64,000 bases of DNA, from contig JASHPK010000027.1 of NCBI GenBank assembly GCA_030038095.1, positions 23,432-87,431 on the forward strand, in the 5' to 3' direction. Source of the DNA: Thermoplasmata archaeon. Lineage in GTDB: Archaea > Thermoplasmatota > Thermoplasmata > Lutacidiplasmatales > UBA184. A program made the translations under genes and the position numbers. Below the pieces are notes generated by a model. The model was given only the letters and a program-made list of their open reading frames with translations, ran no database searches and was not told the DNA's origin. Of the stretch, positions 15,558-25,925 are shown in pieces. Position 1 is the first letter of the stretch. Every line of letters begins with the position of its first letter.

Positions 15558-17036
15558 ATGCAGCAGTCGACCGATCCGGCAGACCGACCTTGGGCGATGG
15601 CCGTGGGCGTGGTGGCGATCCTGGTCTTGGGCGTGGGGCTCGCGGTCTGGGTCCTCCCCCCCTCGGGTCACGACGGCGCGCTCGCCCTCCGCCCCTCGGC
15701 GACCTCTTCGCAGCAGTGGGCCTTCGGTGGCAGTGCGTCGGCGAGCTATAGTTGTTCCAACTCCGACTGCTATTCTTCCGGCTCCGGAGAGACCGGGAAC
15801 CTCACGTTGAGCTATCGTTACTACATCGAATGGGTGGTGATCTACACGGAGACGAACGTCTCCGCGAGCCAGACGCAGATCGAGGGGCAGGTTGCGCTCA
15901 ACGCGTCCGTCTCATTCAGCCTCTCTTCGTGCGTGGTGGTAACGACCGGCTCGCCCTGCGTCACCGATACGGCCAGCTTATCCTTCTCCGGTCGTGAGTC
16001 CGCGATCGGCTTCACCAACCTAACTTCAGGCGACGTGAATCTCACCGCGGCTCCCAGTGGGCCGCTCGGATCCACGCCGGCGTGGGCGATCTCCAATGCC
16101 TCCTCGAGCGACTCGTTCAACTTCTCGGGCTCCCTCTCGGTCCAGGGGGACACCAGCGTCGGGACCGAGAGCGAGTCGGCGAGCCTCGACTTCGGCGGTT
16201 CCGAGTCGGCGTCGATCGCCTTTGCCCAGCCGATCGGCGTCGTCCCCCTCAACCCCGTTCCGGGGGACGCTTGGCAGGACTCCGCATCGTACACCGGTCA
16301 CGGCTCCTTCGTCAGCGGAGCGATGTTCACCTACCAGGTCAACGGGAGCTCGGGTTCGTACTCCAACTGGACGAGTGGGGCCGTCTCCCCATCTGGCCTC
16401 CTCAACGTGAACGGGACCGACCTCGGCGCCTCCACGCTCTGGGACAACTATACCACGCCCCCGACCTCGGTCTCGGCCCAAGAGATCGAGCTCGAGTTCA
16501 GGAGCGGGGGATGGACCGCTTCGGACGGCTACCTGATGATCCCGACGGGCCTGTACTCAGGGGCCCTCGCCGGCCTTTCGGCGGGGGACGCCCTCGTGCG
16601 CCCCGCCCCCTCGCATGCGGTCGCGCCTTCGACGAGTTCGATCGCCGCGCCCGGGGGGGAGTCGGTCTTCTTCGAGAAGGGCGTCGGCTTTGTCGGGGCC
16701 GGGGCCACGGCCAGCGAGAGCATCCCCGGGACGGGCTCCGGGGTGGCTTCCCCCACCGTCCGCCTCCAGGCCGGGCCGGAACCCGTGAGCGTCGCGGAGG
16801 GCCAGTACTCGGCGATCCTGTCGAGCGGGTCCAGCTCGAGTGGGCTCTCCTCCGCCTGGCTCATCGTGGGGATCGTGGTGGTCGTGGCCGTGCTTCTCGT
16901 GGCCGCGCTCCTTTGGCGTCGCTCCCGCAAGCCCACCGCGGCCGCGCCCCTGCTCCCGGTCGCGCCGGTGCCAGGTCTCGCGACCCAGTCGGGGGGACCG
17001 GCAGCCTCCTCGCCGCCCCCCGCCGAGCAGACCTAG
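15558..17036 (+). CDS. Surface (glyco)protein candidate: N-terminal signal/anchor, sequon-rich ectodomain, C-terminal TM
   Basis: Start placed at MQQSTDPADRPWAMAVGVVAILVLGVGLAV. At least 11 N-x-S/T sequons. C-terminal AWLIVGIVVVVAVLLVAALLW-RRSRK anchor. Confidence 0.7.
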   Translation: MQQSTDPADRPWAMAVGVVAILVLGVGLAVWVLPPSGHDGALALRPSATSSQQWAFGGSASASYSCSNSDCYSSGSGETGNLTLSYRYYIEWVVIYTETNVSASQTQIEGQVALNASVSFSLSSCVVVTTGSPCVTDTASLSFSGRESAIGFTNLTSGDVNLTAAPSGPLGSTPAWAISNASSSDSFNFSGSLSVQGDTSVGTESESASLDFGGSESASIAFAQPIGVVPLNPVPGDAWQDSASYTGHGSFVSGAMFTYQVNGSSGSYSNWTSGAVSPSGLLNVNGTDLGASTLWDNYTTPPTSVSAQEIELEFRSGGWTASDGYLMIPTGLYSGALAGLSAGDALVRPAPSHAVAPSTSSIAAPGGESVFFEKGVGFVGAGATASESIPGTGSGVASPTVRLQAGPEPVSVAEGQYSAILSSGSSSSGLSSAWLIVGIVVVVAVLLVAALLWRRSRKPTAAAPLLPVAPVPGLATQSGGPAASSPPPAEQT

Positions 17037-17269
17037 GGATCGGATCGAGACCCCCGGTTCCGCCGTCGCCGGTGGCCCCGGAACAGTACCGGAGCCCTCC
17101 CCCTCCCGCCGGACCCGGTCCATCGAGGGAGCGCCCGCGGAACGGCGGTGCGACGGGACAAACGTTCTTGTAGGGTATCCGACCCCACGAACGGTTAACC
17201 AGCCGAGGGCGGGGACGCACTCCCTGCGGGGCCCTAGGCTGAGGCAATTATCGGAGGTGAAACACAAGC

Positions 17270-17668
17270 ATGTCGAATTGGACCGAACAAAGGCTCGGCT
17301 ACGGCTTCGGACTGCTCGGGGGTGCCCTGATCGCGCTCGGGGGGCTCGTCAGCCTGCTCGTCGGGACGGCCGACCTCATCCTGGGTCGGCCGGCAGGCGC
17401 GCTCGGTGCAGTGACCGACGCCGTGATCCTGTTCGTCGTCGGGGGCCTCGCGCTGTTCTTCGCGTGGCTGGCCCGCCACGAATGGAGCTCTCGGCCCCTC
17501 GCGAGCGGCGTGATGCTCGTAGTGCTCGCCTTCGTGGGGTGGGCGCTGGTCGGGTTCGGGGAGAGCCTGCTCGCCCTCATCGGGGCGCTGTTCGTCCTCC
17601 TCGCCGGGGTCCTCTTCCTCTTGGAACCGGCGAAGAGGGCGGCCACGACGATCGTGAGCTCGTCGTAG
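17270..17668 (+). CDS. Small 4-TM membrane protein (hypothetical)
   Basis: 132 aa. GGAGGTG 8 nt upstream of the ATG. Four hydrophobic helices. Confidence 0.65.
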   Translation: MSNWTEQRLGYGFGLLGGALIALGGLVSLLVGTADLILGRPAGALGAVTDAVILFVVGGLALFFAWLARHEWSSRPLASGVMLVVLAFVGWALVGFGESLLALIGALFVLLAGVLFLLEPAKRAATTIVSSS

Positions 17669-17931
17669 ACGGACCACGACGAGCCCGGTCGCGCCGGAAT
17701 CCTTTACCGGCCCGCTTCAACCCCTTCCCCGCGGTCGACCGGTCGTTCCCGGAACTCGACGAAGCGTCGGGCGTCGGTCGGAACCGTCGCGTCGCGCGGA
17801 GGATACCTGCTCCGGACCGCGGACCGGTCGCGGTTCTGCGAAAAAGCGGGGGTTTATTTCCCATTCCGACCAACTCGAAGTAACTCCGGCTCGAGGCTGG
17901 GTCCGGGCGCCCCCGGCCGCCTCGTGGTTGC

Positions 17932-20799
17932 ATGATGATGACCCCTCGAATCGGGCCACAGTGGGCTACCCTTGGGTCGATCGCGATTGCGGCAGTGTTG
18001 GTTGCGGGCGTTCTCCTCGCGCTCGCTCCCTCGGGAGGGCATTCCGTGCCCCCGTCGCCCGGCGCCCTTCCGGCGCTCGGGTTCGTGCGGGCCCCGCCGG
18101 CCCTCGAGGACCTCGGAACCGCCGGCTCGGCCTACTCGGTGCTGAACGAGTCGACCCTCGTTCTCTCGAACGACACGCTCGTGCCCGGCGATTTTGTCGC
18201 GACCTCTGCGGACCTTCCGTCCCTCGAGACCTACGACCCGCTGACGAACGAAGTGTTCGTCGAGAGCTTCTACGGCGGAGCGATCGACGTGATCAGTGGC
18301 GCCTCCGACCAGGTGGTCGCGACGATCGCCACCGGGGCCTATCCGAACACGCTCGCCTGGGACCCCGTGGGGAACAACCTCTACTTCGGCCTCCAGACCT
18401 ACGACGAGGTGAGCCTCGTCAACGCCTCGACCGATCTGATCGAGCGGACCGTCGGCATCGGAATTGAACCCCTCGCCATGGCGGCGGACCCGGTCTCGGG
18501 GGACCTCTTCGTGACCGGGACGAACTCCACGGGTACGGCCTTCGTCGCGGTGCTGAACGGTTCCTCGGGCGTCCTGCAGTCGACGTTCAGTCTCGGCGCC
18601 GGCCGGTTCCCGGTCGCCGGCCCGAACGGGATCGAATACGACCCCGAGAACGGGGCCTTCTACATCCCATCGGTCCCGACCGGGGTCCCCGGCGCGACCC
18701 GGGGCAACTTGACGGTCGTGAACGCGGCGCGGGCGGCAGTGGTCTCCAACCTCTCGCTCTCGTTCGAGCCGTCCTCCGTCCTCTACGTGCCGGCGAACGG
18801 GGACCTCTACCTCGGGAACCAGTCCGGAGACGACCTCAGCGTCTTCGTGCCGTCGGCCGGCCGCGTCGTCGGGTCGATCGCGCTGCCCAACACGCCCTCG
18901 ATGCTGGCGTATGATCCGGTCGACCACGAAATCTTCGTCGGGATCGAAGGGAACGTCTCGGTCGTGGGCGTCGCGTCGGGCGCCGTGGTCCACACGTTCC
19001 CCGTCGACCGGAACCCCTCGGGTCTCGCCTACGACCCGATGAGCCGGAACGTCTACGTCGCCGACTACGTCTGGAACAACGTCAGCGTGGTCAACGCGAC
19101 CTCGTACCGGGTCGTCGGGGCGGCGCTGCTCGGCGCCTCGCCGTACAACATGGCCTACGACAGCGCGAACGGTGACCTCTACATCGGGGACCTGCTCTCG
19201 AGCCAGTTGATCGTCGTGAACGGCTCGACGAACCGGGTCGTCGGGCACGTGCCGCTCGACACGACCCCGTACGGCATCGCCTACGATCCCCAGACGAAGG
19301 ACCTCTACGTCGACGACTACTACACCGGGAACGTATCCATCGTGGACCCGGCCAAGGCGTCGATCGTCGGCTACCTCCCGGCCGGCACGGAAACGTGGGG
19401 GATCGCCTACGACGCCGACGACCACGATCTCTACGTGACGAACCCCGGGTCGGACAACATCACCGTGCTCGACCCGCTGACCCGCTCGGTCGTGACCTCG
19501 CTCAACTTCACGACCCCGCCGGGCGCCATCGCCTACGACCCGCACAGCAAGGTCCTGTTCGTGGGCGAGTACAACACGGGGAACGTCTCGGTCTTGAATG
19601 CGAAGACGAACGCCCTCATCCGCAACTCGACCTCGGGGAGCGAGGTGTACACGATCGCGGTCGACCCCGGGACCGGCGACGCGTTCGTCGGGAACTACGC
19701 CTCCGACAACGTGACGATCCTGGGCCCGAAGGGCCAGGAGCTCGACCGGAGCGTGTCGGCGGGCGTCGGGGTGTTCGGGAGCGCCTACGACCCGGCGGAC
19801 GGGGACGTCTACGTGGTGAGCTTCTACTCCGACCTCGTCACCGTGATCAACTCGACCTCGGGGATGGGCGTGGGGGGCTACACGGTCGGTACCGGCCCCG
19901 TCGCGGTCGCGGCGGACCCCGGGACGGGAACGGTCTTCGTCGCGAACTACGACTCCGACTCGCTCACGCTGCTCTCGCCGACGTTCCGCGTGTCGACCTA
20001 CAACGTCACCTTCGAGGCATCGGGGCTCACGACAGGGACCCCCTGGTCGGTGCGCCTCGACGGCGTCGGTCGTTCCTCGACGAGCGCGAACTTGAGCTAC
20101 GAGGAGCCGAACGGCTCGCTCCAGCCGTACTCGATCGGCGAGGTACCCGGGTTCAGCGTCGCCCCGGAGTTCGGGACCGTCACGATCGCCGGCGGATCGA
20201 TCGTGGTGGTGGTCGTCTTCACCCCGCTCCCGCCGGAGTACTCCGTCACCTTCCGGGAATCCGGCCTGCCTCCGGGCACCGTCTGGAGCGTCACGCTCGG
20301 CGCCGACACGCTCTTCACGAACGGGACGTCCCTTGCCTTCCGAGCCGCGAACGGGACGTACGCGTACTCGGTGGCGCTCGTCTCGGGCTCCCACACGAAG
20401 GACACCGGCAACCTCACGGTGAACGGCGCCGCGGTGAAGCGGACCGTGAAGTTCTCGGCCACCACTTACGTCGTCGAGTTCTCGGAGACCGGGCTCGCCT
20501 CGGGGACCCGATGGTGCGTGACATTCAACGGCACCAAGAGCTGCCTCAAGACGAGCACGATCGAATTTACCGGAGTCGCCAACGGCACGTACGGCTACGT
20601 GATCGGCCACGTCTCGGGCTACAATCTGAGCGGGGACTACCGGGGCGAGGTAACGGTCGCCGGAGGGGGCTCGGGGACGGTATCGAACTCCCTCACGGCC
20701 TCGTGGACCAGCGCCGCCCCGAGGAGGGGCTCGACCCCGGCCGCACCTATCGATCCGGGACCCTCGGGTCGTTCTGGCGGCATCCCAGGCCCCCCGTAG
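17932..20799 (+). CDS. Large surface protein: signal anchor, YVTN-type beta-propeller repeats, three C-terminal YxVTFxExGLxxGTxW repeats
   Basis: 955 aa. About 12 repeats of ~40 aa (...P.GIAYDP..G.LYV.N..S.NVSVI...) and over 25 N-x-S/T sequons. C-terminal repeats YNVTFEASGLTTGTPWSV / YSVTFRESGLPPGTVWSV / YVVEFSETGLASGTRWCV. Confidence 0.85.
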   Translation: MMMTPRIGPQWATLGSIAIAAVLVAGVLLALAPSGGHSVPPSPGALPALGFVRAPPALEDLGTAGSAYSVLNESTLVLSNDTLVPGDFVATSADLPSLETYDPLTNEVFVESFYGGAIDVISGASDQVVATIATGAYPNTLAWDPVGNNLYFGLQTYDEVSLVNASTDLIERTVGIGIEPLAMAADPVSGDLFVTGTNSTGTAFVAVLNGSSGVLQSTFSLGAGRFPVAGPNGIEYDPENGAFYIPSVPTGVPGATRGNLTVVNAARAAVVSNLSLSFEPSSVLYVPANGDLYLGNQSGDDLSVFVPSAGRVVGSIALPNTPSMLAYDPVDHEIFVGIEGNVSVVGVASGAVVHTFPVDRNPSGLAYDPMSRNVYVADYVWNNVSVVNATSYRVVGAALLGASPYNMAYDSANGDLYIGDLLSSQLIVVNGSTNRVVGHVPLDTTPYGIAYDPQTKDLYVDDYYTGNVSIVDPAKASIVGYLPAGTETWGIAYDADDHDLYVTNPGSDNITVLDPLTRSVVTSLNFTTPPGAIAYDPHSKVLFVGEYNTGNVSVLNAKTNALIRNSTSGSEVYTIAVDPGTGDAFVGNYASDNVTILGPKGQELDRSVSAGVGVFGSAYDPADGDVYVVSFYSDLVTVINSTSGMGVGGYTVGTGPVAVAADPGTGTVFVANYDSDSLTLLSPTFRVSTYNVTFEASGLTTGTPWSVRLDGVGRSSTSANLSYEEPNGSLQPYSIGEVPGFSVAPEFGTVTIAGGSIVVVVVFTPLPPEYSVTFRESGLPPGTVWSVTLGADTLFTNGTSLAFRAANGTYAYSVALVSGSHTKDTGNLTVNGAAVKRTVKFSATTYVVEFSETGLASGTRWCVTFNGTKSCLKTSTIEFTGVANGTYGYVIGHVSGYNLSGDYRGEVTVAGGGSGTVSNSLTASWTSAAPRRGSTPAAPIDPGPSGRSGGIPGPP

Positions 20800-20947
20800 T
20801 CGCCCCCGGTAGCGGGCGAGCGGGGAGCGGTCCTGCAAGAGCGCCGCCGCCGCCTGCCCTGGGAATCATCCTCGCGCGTTCCAGGTCGGACCGATCGTTC
20901 GGGCGGTCGGGGTCATTCCTTAACTTGGCCCCGGCGATGGGCCCGCG

Positions 20948-21961
20948 ATGCCGGAGGGTGGCCACCGCCCGGCCGCGACCGATCCTCGCGCGGCCACCCC
21001 GACCCGTTCGGTCTCGGTGGACTCGAGCGTGCTGGATGCGATCGGAAACACGCCGCTCATCGAGCTCCGCCGGGTGGTCCCCGCGGGCTCCGCGCGGATC
21101 GTGACGAAGCTCGAGCTCGCGAACCCGACCGGCAGCATGAAGGACCGAGTGGCGCGGGCGATGATCGCGGCGGCCGAACGGGACGGGCGCCTCACGCCGG
21201 GCATGACCGTGGTGGAGTACACGGCGGGGACGACCGGGATCTCGCTCGCCCTCGTCTGTGCGGCCAAGGGCTACCCGCTCAAGATCGTCTTCTCCGATGC
21301 GTTCAGTCCGGAGAAGCGGCTCACGATGGAGGCGTTCGGGGCGGAGATCGTCGAGGTGAAGAGCGACCACCGCCGGATCACCGAGCGGCTGATCCGGGAG
21401 ATGGTCGCGACCGCGAAGGCTCTCGGTGAGCGTCCCGGCCACTGGTTCTGCGACCAGCTGAGCAACCGGGACGGAGCCGCCGGCTACCACGGGCTCGGCG
21501 AGGAGCTCTGGACCCAGACGGGGGGCCACCTTCAGGCGTTCGTCCAGTCCGTCGGGACGGCCCACTCGATCCACGGGGTGACGGAGGCGCTGTGGAAGCA
21601 CGATCCGAAGATCCAGGTGGTGGCCGTCGAGCCGGCGGAGTCGGCCGTCCTCTCGGGGAAGCCCAGCGGATCCCACCACATCGAGGGGATCGGGATCGGC
21701 TACGTTCCCCCGCTCTGGGACCGCAGGCTGGTCCACCGGATCGTGACCGTGTCGACCGAGGACGCCCAGGCGATGGCGCGCCGCCTCGCGCGCGAGGAGG
21801 GGCTCTTCGTGGGGGCCTCTTCGGGCGCCAACGTGGTCGGCGCATTGGAGGTCGCGAAGAAGCTCGGGACCGGATCGACCGTAGCCACCCTGATGGTCGA
21901 CTCCGGGCTGCGGTACCTGAGCTCCGAGCTCTTCCGGAACCCCCCGGGGGCCCCGGCCTAG
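20948..21961 (+). CDS. PLP-dependent cysteine synthase / cystathionine beta-synthase family enzyme
   Basis: 337 aa. GNTPLIEL, the PLP-lysine motif NPTGSMKDR, and SSGANVVGAL. Confidence 0.88.
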   Translation: MPEGGHRPAATDPRAATPTRSVSVDSSVLDAIGNTPLIELRRVVPAGSARIVTKLELANPTGSMKDRVARAMIAAAERDGRLTPGMTVVEYTAGTTGISLALVCAAKGYPLKIVFSDAFSPEKRLTMEAFGAEIVEVKSDHRRITERLIREMVATAKALGERPGHWFCDQLSNRDGAAGYHGLGEELWTQTGGHLQAFVQSVGTAHSIHGVTEALWKHDPKIQVVAVEPAESAVLSGKPSGSHHIEGIGIGYVPPLWDRRLVHRIVTVSTEDAQAMARRLAREEGLFVGASSGANVVGALEVAKKLGTGSTVATLMVDSGLRYLSSELFRNPPGAPA

Positions 21962-22057
21962 TACCGGCGATCCCGTCTCCGTAGACCCTTGAGACCCTCG
22001 TAAGCTTCGGTGACCGGGTTCATAAGGCGAGGGGTTCTCCTTCGGGAGGGTGGGACC

Positions 22058-22468
22058 ATGGCCGTGCCTACGATCGTCCATTTCGAGATCCCGGCGAACG
22101 ACCTCGACTCCCTGTCGCGATTCTACGCGGAGGTCTTCGGATGGGAATTCACGAAGACAGAAATGCCCGGGATGGACTACCGCCGGATCCGGACCGGCCC
22201 GGAAGGGAAGAGCGTCGGCGGAGGGATGTACCCCCGGATGGGACCGGACGACCGGCCCCGGAACTTCGTCTGGGTCGAAGAGATCGATCCGGCCATCGCG
22301 CGCTTCAAGGCGGCGGGCGGCAGCGAAATCGTCGGCAAGATGGAGGTCCCCGGCATGGGTTGGAGCTTCATCGGGGCGGATCCCGAGGGGAACCCGATTG
22401 CGCTCTGGCAGCCGGCCACGCGCCGGCCCACGCGCCGACGACCCGCGACCGCCCGGCGAAAGCGCTGA
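22058..22468 (+). CDS. VOC (glyoxalase/bleomycin-resistance) family protein
   Basis: Start moved to the ATG preceded by GGGAGG. IVHFEIPANDLDSLSRFYAEVFGWEF...DPEGNPIALWQ. Confidence 0.8.
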   Translation: MAVPTIVHFEIPANDLDSLSRFYAEVFGWEFTKTEMPGMDYRRIRTGPEGKSVGGGMYPRMGPDDRPRNFVWVEEIDPAIARFKAAGGSEIVGKMEVPGMGWSFIGADPEGNPIALWQPATRRPTRRRPATARRKR

Positions 22469-22528
22469 GGCCCCCGCGCCCGTCTCCCGACCGATCCCGC
22501 ACGCTCCGCCACCGGACCGGTCCGACCC

Positions 22529-23377
22529 TTAGGGCGGAGGCACCGGGCGGGCGGAGGCCAGCTGGTTCAGTTCGTCGAACGAGATCGCGCCTTCGAGGAG
22601 CTGGCGGAACGACCCCTCGGACCGCACCTCCGCGCCGATCCGCCGGAGGAGCCCCATCGCCGCGTACGAAGCCCCGGGCCCGAAGCTGATCCGCTGGACT
22701 CCGAGCTCCGTGAGCTCGGGCAGGGTCGGGAGCCCCGGGCGGACCATGACGTTCACCGGGCAGGCGACCTCCCCCACGAAGGTACGGATCGACTCCGCGT
22801 CGGTCAGGCGCATCGGGTAGACACAATCCGCTCCCGCATCTCGGTACGCGATCCCCCGGCGGATCGCCTCGCGGAGCAGTGCCTCGGGGGAGCCCGATCC
22901 CTTCCACAGCGCGTCGGTCCGGGCGTTGATCACGAGGGGAACTCCGAGGGCGCGGCCCAGTTCCACGGTCGCCCGGATCTTGCGCGCCTGGGCGGAGATC
23001 GGAAACAGACGGCTGCGGGCCGCGTCGTAGTCCTCGAGGTTGATGCCGACGGCACCGGCCGAGACGAACTGCTTCACCGTCGCCACGACGCCCCGAGGGC
23101 CTCGGCCGAAGCCCGCCACCACGTCCGCGCTGAGTGGAACGGCCAGGCGGCTCGCGATTCGGGCGACCGCCGCGACCATCTCGCGTCTCGGGATCCCTTC
23201 CCCGTCAGGGTATCCGAGGGATACGCAGATCCCCGCACTCGACGTCGCGACCGCCGGAAAGCCGGCGTCCTCGAAGACTCGCGCGCTCGGGACGTCCCAC
23301 GCGTTCGGAAGGATGAGCGGCCGATCCCCGTGGTGCAGACGTCGGAACGCTTCCGCCTTCTCGCTGAGGGTCGCCAT
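22529..23377 (-). CDS. Isocitrate lyase/PEP mutase superfamily enzyme (2-methylisocitrate lyase / carboxyvinyl-carboxyphosphonate phosphorylmutase-like)
   Basis: 282 aa. FRRLHHGDRPLILPNAWDVPSARVFEDAGFPAVATSS...GAVGINLED...VINARTDA. Confidence 0.88.
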   Translation of the reverse strand: MATLSEKAEAFRRLHHGDRPLILPNAWDVPSARVFEDAGFPAVATSSAGICVSLGYPDGEGIPRREMVAAVARIASRLAVPLSADVVAGFGRGPRGVVATVKQFVSAGAVGINLEDYDAARSRLFPISAQARKIRATVELGRALGVPLVINARTDALWKGSGSPEALLREAIRRGIAYRDAGADCVYPMRLTDAESIRTFVGEVACPVNVMVRPGLPTLPELTELGVQRISFGPGASYAAMGLLRRIGAEVRSEGSFRQLLEGAISFDELNQLASARPVPPP

Positions 23378-23560
23378 GGCGCTCCCACGTTCGATGGGGA
23401 TGTAATCTCTGCGCCCCCGGCGTCGGGAACGGGGGTCGCTCCCGATGCCGAGAGTCCTCTAGGGACCGGTCCTGATCTACGGTCTATCCGAGCCGCCGCT
23501 CTTCGGCGGGACCGGAACACCCAGGCCGTCCGCTCGAGACCGCGGATGCCAGTCGGAAGA

Positions 23561-24064
23561 TCATCCCCGGATGGCCCCGGGCGTCGAGAGGAGGTCTTCG
23601 TCGACCGACAAGGTGATCGTGAGCGGACCGGAGAAGGCGGCTGCGGGGGCTTGAACGGTGACGTTCACGTTCTGGATCGGTGGGAGCGTGTCCGAAAACA
23701 CGATCAGGTGGAAGGGCGCATCCACCGACGCTCCGGTGAACGGGAAGCAGATCGAAAGGCACTGGAGCGGCAGCGTGACCTGCTCGGACGGGTGAAGGGA
23801 GAATCCGGCTCCCGTGATCAGCAGGATCGACCCGGCGTACCAGTTCACCCCGGTAATCTGTACGCTCACCGTGTTCGCCTCGTAGGTGGTGATGTCGGCA
23901 GCGACCAGGGCGACGAGGACGATCGAGGCCACGACGATCGCCGCTGCCAGCCAGGGAAATCTTCGCCCGAAGTGATGGCCCATCAGAATCCGTTCGTGGC
24001 CGCCGTGGACCACCGCCTCCGAATGGGCTCCGGGGACAATTGGTTCGAGCGACATCCTGTTCAC
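23561..24064 (-). CDS. Single-TM protein whose ectodomain resembles that of 8319-8927 (hypothetical)
   Basis: 167 aa. TM WLAAAIVVASIVLVALVAA, then NTVSVQITGVNWYAG... compared with NNVVVTGINFYSA... in the 8319 protein. Good GC3. Confidence 0.6.
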   Translation of the reverse strand: MNRMSLEPIVPGAHSEAVVHGGHERILMGHHFGRRFPWLAAAIVVASIVLVALVAADITTYEANTVSVQITGVNWYAGSILLITGAGFSLHPSEQVTLPLQCLSICFPFTGASVDAPFHLIVFSDTLPPIQNVNVTVQAPAAAFSGPLTITLSVDEDLLSTPGAIRG

Positions 24065-24251
24065 AACCCCCCCTCGGGGGAAGGGGCTCCATCCCGGTGG
24101 CCGCGGGGTTTTGCACGCTGGAACGAAGTCCTCGGAAGTACTTCCTGCGCGTTCCTGCTACTTGAGGGTACGGTTCCACGGAATTCGTGCTCCTTGAGCC
24201 TCCGGCGGCCGCTCGGGGCCCCCGCCAGGGCCGAGCTCGTGGGCGGGCCGT

Positions 24252-25865
24252 TCACTCCGCCGGAGGTTCCGGCGAAGACACGGGGGTGCCCGCGGTCGAG
24301 CCGGCCCTCCGATCTTGGCCCACCGATGCGGGAGGGGAGGACAACCGGCCCTTCAGAAACAACGCGAAGCCGAGCGCGATGACGAGCATAGCGAGCAGCG
24401 CGACGAACACTTCGTTGTAGGCCGTGACGATGGCGTCCAGGTACCCGGCGGGAGACGTCACCGAAGCGCTGAGAGCGGAGATTCGCCCCGCGGCATAGGC
24501 GGTCAGGAGGGAGAGGCCCACCGCGCCACCGAGGCTCTGGAAGAATCGGACGAGCCCCACCGCGGAACCGACCTCTTCCGTCGGCGCCTCGTTCTGGATC
24601 GCGATCACAACACCCGCGAGCGCCAGGCCGAGCCCGAACCCCATCGGGATGAGCGGCGCGACGAGCCCTCCGACCGGCAGGAAGCCCAACGCCAGGACCC
24701 AGAGGGACGTGGTCGTCGAAAGGTCCGTGAGGAAGGCGCACGAGAGGGCCCCGAGCGCCAAACCACCCGCGATGACCGTCCGGTAGGAGAACCGATTCAA
24801 GAGCGGGGCGGAGATCGCCGCGCCGGTGATCATCGGTATCGCGAAGAAGTAGATCATGTCCCGCACCATGTTCGCCGAGTTCGATCCTCCGTGGAAGAGG
24901 ACGATCCCGACGAACACCGAGAGAAAGGTGAGGGCCGAGCTCAGGACGAGCCCATTGAACAGCGAGACGCCGCTCGTCGTGGAGACCACGCGGCGGCTCA
25001 GGAGGCGAAGCGGGAGGAGCGGGGTCGGGTTCCGGAACTCCCACGCGAGGAAGACGGCCAGGAGAACGCCGGCCGCGATCAGGAGCCCCAGCACTCGAGG
25101 GTCGCTCCACGCCCAGCCCGCATCCGAGACCTGCACCAGGGGGAACATGAGCGCGGCCACCCAACCCGCGAGCAGGACCGCACCGACCGAATCGAACCGG
25201 AGCGAGCGGGCCGGCCGCATCGCGCTGACGCCGAACACGAGGATGAGGAGGCTCGCGACCCCGATTGGGAGATTGATGTAGAAGACCCAACGCCAGGTGG
25301 TCACATCAAGGATGTAGCTGCCGAGAAGCGGCCCGGCGACGATCGAGATTCCTGCCGCGCCCGTGAGGAGCGCGGTCATGCGGGCCCGGACTCCCGGCGG
25401 GAACAGGACGGCCACGATCGCGATCGCGACGGGGAAGAGGCCCCCGATTCCGAACCCCTGGACCGCACGGAAGGCGATCAGCTCGGAGAGGTTCTGGCTG
25501 AGGCCCGCCAGCATCGAACCGGTGATGAAGACCAGGAGCCCCCCGATGAAGATCGTGCGGCGGCTCATCGAGTCGGACAGGCAGGCGAAGATCGGGATTG
25601 AGACGGTCGAGGCGATCAGGTACGCGCCGACCACGAACGGGATGCCGTCCGACTGGTGGAGGTCGACCGCGATGGTCGGCAGGGCCGTGTTGACGACGAG
25701 CGCGTCCATGCCCCCCATGAGGACCGCGAAGAAAATGCCGAGGAAGACGAGGATCCCCGCGAGGGAGCCGGGAGCGATCCCCGAGCGACTCTCCGGCGAC
25801 GAGGAATCGCGGGTTTCGGACCCCGGGCGACCCCCGTCCATGGCGGAGGCATGACCGATGGTCAT
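24252..25865 (-). CDS. MFS transporter, DHA2 (EmrB/QacA-like, 14-TM) family, second copy
   Basis: 537 aa. GGMDALVVNTALPTIAVDLH, CLSDSMSRRTIF motif A, about 14 TM. Divergent from a TetR gene. Confidence 0.9.
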   Translation of the reverse strand: MTIGHASAMDGGRPGSETRDSSSPESRSGIAPGSLAGILVFLGIFFAVLMGGMDALVVNTALPTIAVDLHQSDGIPFVVGAYLIASTVSIPIFACLSDSMSRRTIFIGGLLVFITGSMLAGLSQNLSELIAFRAVQGFGIGGLFPVAIAIVAVLFPPGVRARMTALLTGAAGISIVAGPLLGSYILDVTTWRWVFYINLPIGVASLLILVFGVSAMRPARSLRFDSVGAVLLAGWVAALMFPLVQVSDAGWAWSDPRVLGLLIAAGVLLAVFLAWEFRNPTPLLPLRLLSRRVVSTTSGVSLFNGLVLSSALTFLSVFVGIVLFHGGSNSANMVRDMIYFFAIPMITGAAISAPLLNRFSYRTVIAGGLALGALSCAFLTDLSTTTSLWVLALGFLPVGGLVAPLIPMGFGLGLALAGVVIAIQNEAPTEEVGSAVGLVRFFQSLGGAVGLSLLTAYAAGRISALSASVTSPAGYLDAIVTAYNEVFVALLAMLVIALGFALFLKGRLSSPPASVGQDRRAGSTAGTPVSSPEPPAE

Positions 25866-25925
25866 TATAATATCTTCCAGTCAGTTTTGTTGACTTGCAG
25901 TAAGTTTGATACTGTCCTGCGCGTC
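25866..25925. promoter_or_regulatory. Divergent MFS/TetR intergenic promoter region (TTATAATAT box; AGTCA-N7-TGACT inverted repeat)
   Basis: The most A/T-rich 60 nt of the window. TATA-like 25866-25874. Arms at 25879-25883 and 25891-25895. Confidence 0.4.

Noticed and set aside
17854-20838. 994-aa ORF on the minus strand, the longest ORF in the track
   Set aside because: It is exactly antisense to the YVTN-repeat surface protein gene. Its translation is Arg/Gly/Asp/His/Val-rich with no motifs or repeats, while the plus-strand frame has clear 40-aa repeats, a signal anchor and sequons. This is a high-GC shadow ORF.
23330-24382. 350-aa ORF (+) spanning the 23561-24064 locus
   Set aside because: It is antisense to a frame with a TM helix and good GC3, and its translation is Arg/Asp/Gly-rich without structure.
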